A stretch of 58,000 nucleotides of DNA from Verrucomicrobiales bacterium (GTDB lineage: Bacteria; Verrucomicrobiota; Verrucomicrobiia; Verrucomicrobiales; V1-33), in contig JBIICE010000002.1 in NCBI GenBank assembly GCA_044239025.1, forward strand, positions 1 through 58,000. Reading direction: 5' to 3'. How positions within the stretch are numbered: position 1 is the first letter of the stretch; every line of letters starts with the position of its first letter. Of this stretch, positions 39,055-46,737 are shown piece after piece. The translations under genes were made by a program, and so were the position numbers. The notes under the pieces are model-generated. The model made no database searches. It saw only the letters and a program-made list of their open reading frames with translations, and had not been told where the DNA came from.

Positions 39055-40377
39055 ATGATCCGGCGCGCGCTCATGCCTGTCCTGCTGTGCCCGCTTCTGG
39101 CAGCCACTGCCTGTCGGAAGCTGCCCGCCGACCGTGCCCGCGAACGGGTGCACGCCGCAGGCTACGCCTACTCGGTCGAAGACTTCCTGCGCGCCGCTTC
39201 CGAGGGCAGGGAAGCGGTCGTCACCGATTTTCTCGAGGCAGGCATGCAGCCCGATGTGATGGATGCATCCGGACAGAGCGCTGTGGACCGTGCCGCTGCC
39301 GCCGGGCAGGGACACATTGCCCGCCTGCTCCTTTCGAGGAAGGCGAAGCCATGGAAGAACCAGGAAAGCTCCGGGGAATCACTCATCGCAGCGGCCCGTT
39401 CGGGTGATCTGGAATCGGTCAACGCACTCCTCGGTGCCGGGGTCCCCCCGGGTTTTCGTTCCGCCGCGAACGAGCCCAGGGGCGGCACCGCTCCGCTCCT
39501 TGAAGCTGCCCACCAGGGCCACACCGCCATTGTCCGGGTGCTGGCAGCCCTTGATCCCGGCCATGTTCAGGATGCCCTGGGCAGGGCGGCGGCTCAGAAC
39601 CATACGGGTGCCATGGCTGTCCTCCTCGAGGCCGGGGCCGACCCCCTGGCGGCGGGGGAGGGTGGCGTGACCGCTCTCATGCTGGCGGCCCGGCACGGAC
39701 AGCAACCCGCCGCGGAACTGCTGGTGCGGCGTGGTGCCCTCCTTACTGCCATCGATGGTGAGGGGCGCTCGGCAGCAGATTGCGCAGAGTCCGCAGGACA
39801 CCCGGAACTCGCGGCACTCCTCCGCAGCCAGATTCCCGCTGCCTCCGATGGAACCGACCCGCCCCTCACGGAGTGGGCCGGCGATCCCCCTGCTTCCCTC
39901 GCCGAGGCCGCTGCGCAACTGGCGGTGCGTCTGACAAGACCCCGGCGGTGGCCTTTTGCCGTGGTGGCCGTGACGTCCGAAGGCGTCGGTATCCGCCCAT
40001 TGCCTTCGTCAGAAAACGATCCCGTGGTCGCTCTGCGGCCCGGCGCAACGGTTCCCGGAACTCCGTGGATACTGCGGCGCTGCACCCCGCGGTCCCATGC
40101 CCTCACTCCCGGAAACACCCGGACCACCGATCAGTCGGAGGCGGTTTTCGAGAATCCGGAGACGGGCGAAACGATGCTGGCCCTGCGGGGTTGTCTCGTG
40201 GCTGGCCCCGGGCGCGAAGCGGTCGTGCAGACCGCCGGAGAAATCCGGGTCCTCCGGGAAGGGATGGTCATTCAGGCAGGGGAACTGCAGATTCGTGTGG
40301 CGGCCATCAGTTTGCGCCGCATCGTGCTGCGGGACGAAGCCGGCTCAGGCGAAGCCATGCTCGCAATGCCCCGCTGA
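39055..40377 (+). CDS. Ankyrin-repeat lipoprotein with uncharacterised beta-rich C-terminal domain
   Basis: ATG 39055: MIRRALMPVLLCPLLAATAC (lipobox). At least five ANK-like units (e.g. SGQSAVDRAAAAGQGHIARLLL; TALMLAARHGQQPAAELLVRRGA; GRSAADCAESAGHPELAALL). The last approximately 170 aa match no family I recognise. Confidence 0.75.
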   Translation: MIRRALMPVLLCPLLAATACRKLPADRARERVHAAGYAYSVEDFLRAASEGREAVVTDFLEAGMQPDVMDASGQSAVDRAAAAGQGHIARLLLSRKAKPWKNQESSGESLIAAARSGDLESVNALLGAGVPPGFRSAANEPRGGTAPLLEAAHQGHTAIVRVLAALDPGHVQDALGRAAAQNHTGAMAVLLEAGADPLAAGEGGVTALMLAARHGQQPAAELLVRRGALLTAIDGEGRSAADCAESAGHPELAALLRSQIPAASDGTDPPLTEWAGDPPASLAEAAAQLAVRLTRPRRWPFAVVAVTSEGVGIRPLPSSENDPVVALRPGATVPGTPWILRRCTPRSHALTPGNTRTTDQSEAVFENPETGETMLALRGCLVAGPGREAVVQTAGEIRVLREGMVIQAGELQIRVAAISLRRIVLRDEAGSGEAMLAMPR

Positions 40378-40386
40378 CGGCCCCGC

Positions 40387-41304
40387 ATGCTTCCCGCCGT
40401 CATCACTGCCTTTCTCTACGCACTGAGCGCAATCTGCAGTCAGCGCGCGGTCCGCGGCTTTGGTCCGCTCAGGGCGAATGCCATCCGGTTGACGGTGGCC
40501 TGCCTGCTCCTCGGCATGCTCACGGCCATCATCGACGGGCAGCGGGGCATGTCATCACTCCATCCCGACGTCCTCGCGGCGTTCCTCCTGAGCGGAGCCG
40601 CAGGGTTCGGAGCCGGTGACATCGCGGTCTTTCTCGCGTACCCCAGGCTCGGATCCCGCCTCACCCTCCTCGTGGTCTATTGCTCTGCGGTGCTCTTCGC
40701 GGCAGCGGGCGACCACTGGATGCTCGGAATCGGGCTGCAGCCATGGCAAGGGGTGGCGGTGGGGGTGACGCTGGCGGGCCTTTTTCTTGGCCTCTGGCCG
40801 GGCCGCCCGGCGGACTCCGCTCCCCCGGCGGGAATCATGGGCATCACCCTTGCGGTCGGCGGGGGAGCTGGTCAGGGCATTGGCACCGTGCTGAGCGGCC
40901 GAGCCAATGAAATTGCGGCATCCGAGGGCATGGCAGTTCATGGCATCAGTCAGGCATTCCAACGATCCCTTGCCGGAGCGGCCGCTGCGGTCGCTGCCTT
41001 CCTGCTTGCCAGTTGGCTGTGGCCGGGTTCCGGCGCGCCCGCGTCGCCGCGCCACGGGTCGCGACCATGGGGATGGATGGCCGCCACCGCCCTCTGCGGC
41101 CCAGTGCTCGGGGTGAGCTGCTACCAATGGGCCCGGCTCCTCATTCCCAGCACCATGGTGGTCGCAGTCGCCGCCACCAGCAGCCTGCTTGTGATTCCGC
41201 TGGCCCGTGTCATGGAGAAGGAAAGGACCAGCCCGCGGGGCCTTGCGGGTGCCCTGCTCGCCGTTGGCGGAGTCATCTGGCTCTGCCTCCAGCCCCGCGG
41301 ATGA
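40387..41304 (+). CDS. EamA/DMT-superfamily transporter
   Basis: 305-aa polytopic hydrophobic protein with two-fold internal symmetry of about 5 TM helices each. Starts 10 bp after the ankyrin gene. Confidence 0.75.
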   Translation: MLPAVITAFLYALSAICSQRAVRGFGPLRANAIRLTVACLLLGMLTAIIDGQRGMSSLHPDVLAAFLLSGAAGFGAGDIAVFLAYPRLGSRLTLLVVYCSAVLFAAAGDHWMLGIGLQPWQGVAVGVTLAGLFLGLWPGRPADSAPPAGIMGITLAVGGGAGQGIGTVLSGRANEIAASEGMAVHGISQAFQRSLAGAAAAVAAFLLASWLWPGSGAPASPRHGSRPWGWMAATALCGPVLGVSCYQWARLLIPSTMVVAVAATSSLLVIPLARVMEKERTSPRGLAGALLAVGGVIWLCLQPRG

Positions 41305-41331
41305 CCCTTTTCGACTCACGACCCAGCAACC

Positions 41332-42912
41332 ATGCGCGAGAAGCCCGACTTCCTTGCCCGGCTCCACGACGTCCCGCATCAGCCGGGCGTCTACCTCATG
41401 CGCGACCGCCTCAATCGCATCATCTACGTGGGCAAGGCCCGTGATCTGCGGAAGCGGTTGAGCAGTTACTTCCAGCCCTCGCGCAGCCGGCTCGCCGATC
41501 TGAAAACCCGGGCGCTCATCCGCAGCATCTGGGATTTCGAAATCCACACGGTCCGCAATGAACCAGAGGCCCTCCTGCTCGAGGGCCGCCTCATCAAGGA
41601 GTACCGCCCGAGATACAATGTCTCGTTCCGCGACGACAAGCGATTCCTGCTCCTCAAGGTGCACCTCGAGGAGCCATGGCCCCGCTTCCACCTCACGCGC
41701 ACCCGCAAGGACGATGGGGCCCGCTACTTCGGTCCGTTTGCCCACAGCGGCAGCCTCCGGGCCACCCTTGCGTGGATGCAGAAACAGTTCGGCCTTCGGT
41801 CGTGCCGCCCGGCCACACCCGGAGAGCACGATTACCGTCACTGCCATAACGATGTCATCCGGAACTGCAGCGCGCCCTGCATCGGCCGCATCAATCGTGA
41901 CGACTACCTTCTGAGGGTAGCTGCCGCCTGCGAATTCCTCGATGGCAAGGCCCGTGATCACCTCCGTGAAATCGAGGCCGAGATGCATGAAGCCGCTGCC
42001 GCCCTCGATTTTGAACGCGCCGCTGATCTGCGGGACATGCTCGCCGATTTCAGCCGAACCCTGCAGCCGGCCCGCCGCTTCACACGGCAGCGGGGCGTCT
42101 CCGGACCTTCCATCCGCCCGCAGGAAGATCTCGCCGAACTCAGGGAGGTGCTCGGCCTTGGGCGAGCGCCCCGCATCATGGAATGCTTCGACATCTCGAA
42201 CATTTCCTCGAACCACATCGTGGCCAGCATGGTCCGCTTCACCGACGGTGTGGCCGATACCTCCGCCTACCGCCGCTACCGCATCCGCTCGGTGCAGGGA
42301 CAGAACGACTTTGCCTCCATGGCCGAGGTGGTGCGCCGCCGCTACCAGCGGATCCTCCTGGAGGCAAGGGATGCCGCCGGTTCCGACGAGGCCGATGCGT
42401 CTCAGGAATCACCGGAAGAAGCACTCAGGCGGCTGGCAAGCGACGCGGCCCGGTCCGCTGCGCCACGCCCCTTCGTCAGACTACCGGACCTCGTGATCGT
42501 CGATGGCGGCAAAGGACAGCTCTCCAGCGCCTGCGAAGAACTGCAGCGGCTCGGTCTGCACAGCCTTCCCATCATCGGCTTGGCCAAGGAACGCGAAGAA
42601 ATCTTCCGGCCAGGAGAAACGGATCCCCTCGTCCTTCCCCATACCATGGGAGCTCTTCGTCTTCTCCAGCGCATCCGCGATGAAGCACACCGCTGGGCCA
42701 ACGGATACCATCAGCTCCTCATGAAACGCAGGATCGCGGAAAGCATCCTCGATGATATCCCCGGCGTCTCGGAGTCCCGCCGCAAAGCGCTCCTCAGCCG
42801 CTTCGGTTCCGTCACCCGCATCCGCCGGATGACTCCCGAATCACTCGCCACCATTCCCGGCATCAGCCTCAAGCTCGCCCAGGAAATCCGCCAGTGGCTC
42901 GACGTCCACTGA
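41332..42912 (+). CDS. uvrC: Excinuclease ABC subunit C
   Basis: GIY-YIG motif PGVYLMRDRLNRIIYVGKARDLRKRLSSYF. UVR motif AAAALDFERAADLRDML. RNase H-like endonuclease domain (IMECFDISNISSNHIVASMV). C-terminal (HhH)2 (DDIPGVSESRRKALLSRFGS...IPGISLKLAQEI). A compact 526-aa version. Confidence 0.93.
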   Translation: MREKPDFLARLHDVPHQPGVYLMRDRLNRIIYVGKARDLRKRLSSYFQPSRSRLADLKTRALIRSIWDFEIHTVRNEPEALLLEGRLIKEYRPRYNVSFRDDKRFLLLKVHLEEPWPRFHLTRTRKDDGARYFGPFAHSGSLRATLAWMQKQFGLRSCRPATPGEHDYRHCHNDVIRNCSAPCIGRINRDDYLLRVAAACEFLDGKARDHLREIEAEMHEAAAALDFERAADLRDMLADFSRTLQPARRFTRQRGVSGPSIRPQEDLAELREVLGLGRAPRIMECFDISNISSNHIVASMVRFTDGVADTSAYRRYRIRSVQGQNDFASMAEVVRRRYQRILLEARDAAGSDEADASQESPEEALRRLASDAARSAAPRPFVRLPDLVIVDGGKGQLSSACEELQRLGLHSLPIIGLAKEREEIFRPGETDPLVLPHTMGALRLLQRIRDEAHRWANGYHQLLMKRRIAESILDDIPGVSESRRKALLSRFGSVTRIRRMTPESLATIPGISLKLAQEIRQWLDVH

Positions 42913-42933
42913 GACACATCTCTTCCGGGCCCG

Positions 42934-43551
42934 TCAGCGCCGGTTCGGCTGCATCAGCGACGGAAGCCGGGAGGAAGGGGCCGCCGGATCGTTCCCGCTG
43001 ACCCCGGGAGTCTCCGGAAAGGCATCCGCACCCCAGCCTTCGCACAGCCGGCTCACAAGATCCTCAGCCGCACGCAGCGAAGCATCATCGATCCCCTGCC
43101 GCTCCGTGAGCTGGAAGTTCGGATCAAGGAACAGGGACGTCGAACCATTGGCCGTCCCGCGCAGCAGCACGGCCCCGTCCCTGCTCTCCACCGTGTAATC
43201 AATCCACACACGCAATTCCAGTTCTCTGGTACGCAGGCTGTTGTTGCGGGCGGCGCGGAGTTGCCGGCGCTCAAAGCGCTGAATCGTCCCCTTCACCACT
43301 GCATCGGCCTGACTGGAATCCACGATCCGGTAGCTGCCGTCGTTCTGGAGCAACCGTACCACGTTGTTGGTCACAATGGCCGACGATCTCGGCTCCAGCG
43401 TGTGATTCCGGAAAAGCGGGACCGCCAGCGTCTGAATTCCTTCCATCGAGGCGGGACGGTCCGCTCCCAGCCGATAGCCAGTGCAGCCCGAGGCAGCCAG
43501 ACAGCAGACCGCGGCCGCAGCCGCACGGATGAGAAAGGATCGGAAGAGCAT
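42934..43551 (-). CDS. lptE: LPS-assembly lipoprotein LptE-like
   Basis: Lipobox LAASGC, followed by TGYRLG...IQTLAVPLFRNHTLEPR..., the usual LptE N-terminal pattern. 205 aa. Lies immediately downstream of the bamD-like gene. Confidence 0.65.
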   Translation of the reverse strand: MLFRSFLIRAAAAAVCCLAASGCTGYRLGADRPASMEGIQTLAVPLFRNHTLEPRSSAIVTNNVVRLLQNDGSYRIVDSSQADAVVKGTIQRFERRQLRAARNNSLRTRELELRVWIDYTVESRDGAVLLRGTANGSTSLFLDPNFQLTERQGIDDASLRAAEDLVSRLCEGWGADAFPETPGVSGNDPAAPSSRLPSLMQPNRR

Positions 43552-43615
43552 GAGCGCAGGGCAGAGTCCGCAGGCCGTATCAATTCGAACAGGGGCCGTT
43601 AACGGGGCAGGAGGT

Positions 43616-45019
43616 TCAGGGATTGCTCCCCTCGGGAAGCGTCGGGATCGGGATCTCCGGAAGCGGAGGCTCCTTCGGAGTCGCGGGAGCTGCCTCGCCC
43701 TCGGGCTTCACTGGCGTCCCCGGCTGATTGATCGGCGGCAGCGGAATCGAAGGGGCTGATTCAGGAAGCGGCACCGCATCAGGATTCAGCAAGGCATCGT
43801 CAGGACGGTCTGGTCGGCCCGCGCCTGCAGGGAGGTCCGGTTCCTCCAGCGGGGTGATCGGAATGGAATCACTCTGCCGCATGTCGGGACGGCGCACTAC
43901 CGGCGGCTTGCGGCGGGAGGCAGGCGCCGGAGGCCCGAAATACTCGGCTCGTTCCTTCAGGTTCGACGTGGCCGGTACCGCCAGTTCCCTCGTGTTGACC
44001 GACAGATCCTTCACCGAATCCAGGAGCTTGGGATCCCGGCTGCTCATCTCGTTGACCCGGTCGCGCACCTCATCGTAATGCTGGCTCCCCGGGGACTTGA
44101 GCACCTCCGCGTAGTACATCATGGCGGCCCGCAGATTCCCCCGCTTCTCGTAGAATCGTCCGTTCCGGTACAGGCTGTCCGCGGCCGCCTCGTCGATCTG
44201 AGACTGCGTGTCGGCAAGTGCGGAAGACGCATCCGGGAACAAGCCCATGGCCTCTTCCGTTGCTTCCCGCGCCTCCGCAATGTTCGACTCGTCGCGGCTC
44301 CCGTCCTTGACCTTGCCAATGTAGTTCCGGCTCACACGGACCTGCGCCTCACGCGCCAGCGGATGCTGTGGATATTCCGATACCACCTTGCGGTAAGCAG
44401 CAATCGCGAGGTCGGGCTCGCTGTTGTCGTCGTGGATCTGGCCGATCTCGAACTGCGCCTCCGCAGCATGCGATCCCTGGGGCGCGTTGCGGATGATCTT
44501 CTGAAACATCTCGATCAGATCCTCGGACGCCATCTTTCTCGGTATTCCCAGAAACGAGGACGTCCGTCCCGTCCGGCCCTGCATGGCCATCCCGAACTGC
44601 CGGTCAAGGGCCTCCGCAAACTGCGGCGACTGCCGATACGTCTCGATCAGTTCCTGGTAGGCATCGAAAGCCCGGGACGCCTTGCCCGCCTGCTCCAGCG
44701 ACGCCGCGAGGCGGAACTGCGCTGCCGGTGCCACCGATGTCAGCGGAAAATCACGCACGATCCGACGATACCCCTTCTCAGCCGTCCCGGCATTGCCAGC
44801 CGCCTCGTCCGCCGAGGCCTGCGCAAAAAGGCCGCCGGCCTCCCCCTCCGCCACCCGCAGCTCACCAGTCGTCGGAACTGCTTCCGCACCCTTCTTCCGC
44901 TTGAATGGATTCGGCAGCGCGTCGGCCTCGCCAGTCGACACTACTACGGCCAGCGCGACCATCGCTACAGTGACACGGCGGGAAGACAGAAGCATATCCC
45001 GTAGCATAGGGCATTTCAC
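43616..45019 (-). CDS. bamD: BamD/YfiO-like TPR outer-membrane assembly lipoprotein-family protein with Pro-rich C-terminal extension
   Basis: Signal sequence, then TPR-like repeats (AEKGYRRIVRDFPLTSVAPAAQFRLA...; AIAAYRKVVSEYPQHPLAREAQVRV...; RGNLRAAMMYYAEVLK). The last approximately 110 aa are Pro-rich and low-complexity. Confidence 0.65.
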   Translation of the reverse strand: MKCPMLRDMLLSSRRVTVAMVALAVVVSTGEADALPNPFKRKKGAEAVPTTGELRVAEGEAGGLFAQASADEAAGNAGTAEKGYRRIVRDFPLTSVAPAAQFRLAASLEQAGKASRAFDAYQELIETYRQSPQFAEALDRQFGMAMQGRTGRTSSFLGIPRKMASEDLIEMFQKIIRNAPQGSHAAEAQFEIGQIHDDNSEPDLAIAAYRKVVSEYPQHPLAREAQVRVSRNYIGKVKDGSRDESNIAEAREATEEAMGLFPDASSALADTQSQIDEAAADSLYRNGRFYEKRGNLRAAMMYYAEVLKSPGSQHYDEVRDRVNEMSSRDPKLLDSVKDLSVNTRELAVPATSNLKERAEYFGPPAPASRRKPPVVRRPDMRQSDSIPITPLEEPDLPAGAGRPDRPDDALLNPDAVPLPESAPSIPLPPINQPGTPVKPEGEAAPATPKEPPLPEIPIPTLPEGSNP

Positions 45020-45081
45020 AGGGGCGTCAAGCCAACGTCATCCCGACCCGACCCCGCCCAACCCAGCGACCCGACAGCCCG

Positions 45082-45225
45082 GATATTTTTTTCGGAAATC
45101 AAAAATATCACGATTTACTTATTGAATAAAAATATCTAAAAAACGCAGGCTTTCCTTGAAAATTCAAAGTTTCCATGGACCGAACAGGAAATTCGTTGAC
45201 CTGAAAAATCAGCAAGCTTAACAAT
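45082..45225 (+). promoter_or_regulatory. AT-rich dcw leader with inverted/direct repeats and a sigma70-like promoter candidate
   Basis: GATATTTTT (45082-45090) is the inverted repeat of AAAAATATC (45101-45109), and a third copy of AAAAATATC lies at 45128-45136. Palindrome TTGAAAATTCAA at 45156-45167. TTGACC (45196-45201) with a 17-18 nt spacer to TAACAAT (45219-45225). Strong local AT enrichment in a GC-rich genome. Confidence 0.3.
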
Positions 45226-45366
45226 AACACTTTTCTTCACAAACTCCCCGGATAACCGAGCACGGATCGTCATGAATGCAGGCACCAGCAGCAACCGTAA
45301 TTCCATGCCCGCAAGGGATGGCGCTCTCGCTGCGGATCGACGGGCGGCTGCGGAAAGGAGGCTGTC

Positions 45367-46353
45367 GTGACGGTCTGCGCCGCCCGCGCTTCCTCCACGG
45401 ACGAAGGCTCCGGCGGTGCGATTGCGGATGCCTGCCGCTACCACCGCCCGGTGATGGCCGATGAGATCGTGCAGTGGCTTGCTCCCGCCAGCGGGAAAAC
45501 CATCCTTGATGGGACGCTGGGCGGCGGTGGGCACTCCCGCCGCTTGCTCGAGGAAGGCGCCTCGGTGCTGGCTCTGGACCGCGATGAGGAAGCGCTCGCC
45601 CAGGCCCAGATCCTGAGGGTCGGCTTTCCGGGAACTTTCCACGCCTACCACTCACGATTCGATCTCTTCCCGGAGATCCTCCGCCGCGAGGGCATCGGCG
45701 GCCTCGATGGCATTCTGCTCGATCTAGGAGTGAGCAGCCGCCAGCTGGATGCCGCCGAGCGGGGCTTTTCCTTCCGCCGATGCGGTCCGCTGGACATGCG
45801 CATGGACGCCAGTGCCGGCCTCAGCGCCGCCGAAATCGTCAATACATGGTCGGAGGCATCCCTCGCCGATGTCATCCACCAGTACGGCGAGGAACGCGCC
45901 GCCCGCCGCATCGCCGCCGCCATCGCGCGACGCCGCGCCACCAAACCATTCGACACGACCGAAGACCTTGCGGAACTGGTGGCCACCATCGTTCCCCGAC
46001 ACGGTTCCCAGCACCCGGCCACCAAAACCTTCCAGGGCCTCAGGATCGCCGTGAACGACGAACTGGGCTGCCTCGAACGCCTCCTCGCCGTCGCGGCGGA
46101 CTGGCTCCGTCCGGGTGGATGCCTCGCCATCATCACCTTTCACTCCCTGGAGGACCGAATCGTGAAACGCCACCTCCGCCGCCACAGCGAAGCGGAAATC
46201 GACCGCCCGGAATGGCCGGCTCCAAGGCCGAACCCGGATTGCTGCTATCGGCTTCCCGTGCGCAGCTCGATTGCTCCAGGCGAGGCGGAAATCCGGAGCA
46301 ACCCAAGGGCCCGCAGCGCCAGACTCAGGATCGCCACCCGCCTTCCCGGCTGA
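45367..46353 (+). CDS. rsmH: 16S rRNA (cytosine1402-N4)-methyltransferase RsmH (MraW)
   Basis: YHRPVMADEIVQWL, DGTLGGGGHS and LLDLGVSSRQLD. GTG 45367 is preceded by a perfect Shine-Dalgarno sequence AAGGAGG (45355-45361) with a 5-nt spacer. Confidence 0.93.
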   Translation: MTVCAARASSTDEGSGGAIADACRYHRPVMADEIVQWLAPASGKTILDGTLGGGGHSRRLLEEGASVLALDRDEEALAQAQILRVGFPGTFHAYHSRFDLFPEILRREGIGGLDGILLDLGVSSRQLDAAERGFSFRRCGPLDMRMDASAGLSAAEIVNTWSEASLADVIHQYGEERAARRIAAAIARRRATKPFDTTEDLAELVATIVPRHGSQHPATKTFQGLRIAVNDELGCLERLLAVAADWLRPGGCLAIITFHSLEDRIVKRHLRRHSEAEIDRPEWPAPRPNPDCCYRLPVRSSIAPGEAEIRSNPRARSARLRIATRLPG

Positions 46354-46386
46354 ACCACCACCGCCAACCAACCCGCCAACGCTTCC

Positions 46387-46737
46387 ATGGCCCGCCCCAA
46401 CCGACATCGCCAGGCCCCCCCGAGCCTCTCTCCGATGACCGCCGCCAACATCACCCTGGTGGTCGTCATCCTCGGAACCATCGGCGTGGCCTACGGATGG
46501 GTCGTACACCGCAAGAACGTCCGCAGCCGGGTCATCAGCGAAACCTCCAACGAGATCACCACGCTCCGCAAGGATATCTCCGAAATCAGAAGAGCCCAGC
46601 GCAATGGGCTCAGCGATGCCGTGATCCGGAACGCCGTCCGCGACCTCGACCTCGGTCTCGCCGCTACTCCCCTCGACAGCGTCAGGGAAATCGATGCCGC
46701 CATTCCCGCGCGCGCCGTCCCTTCCAGCGAACCATGA
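46387..46737 (+). CDS. ftsL: FtsL-like cell-division protein (small bitopic coiled-coil protein)
   Basis: 116 aa. A single TM helix (ITLVVVILGTIGVAYGWVV) is followed by a helical segment (ETSNEITTLRKDISEIRRAQ). Canonical position between rsmH and ftsI. The stop overlaps the ftsI ATG. Called by position and architecture only. Confidence 0.6.
   Translation: MARPNRHRQAPPSLSPMTAANITLVVVILGTIGVAYGWVVHRKNVRSRVISETSNEITTLRKDISEIRRAQRNGLSDAVIRNAVRDLDLGLAATPLDSVREIDAAIPARAVPSSEP

Noticed and set aside
45272-45370. 32-codon upstream ORF (MNAGTSSNRNSMPARDGALAADRRAAAERRLS) whose TGA overlaps the rsmH GTG (GTGA).
   Set aside because: No Shine-Dalgarno sequence precedes its ATG, and its composition is typical of random GC-rich translation. 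It cannot be excluded as a coupling uORF, but nothing supports it.
45780-46733. The ftsI reading frame stays open for 954 nt upstream of its ATG, giving a 997-aa ORF that spans the 3' half of rsmH and all of ftsL.
   Set aside because: The upstream translation is Arg/Pro/His-rich junk. rsmH and the ftsL-like gene occupy this DNA in other frames with good motifs. ATG 46734 overlaps the ftsL stop and is followed directly by the expected FtsI TM helix.
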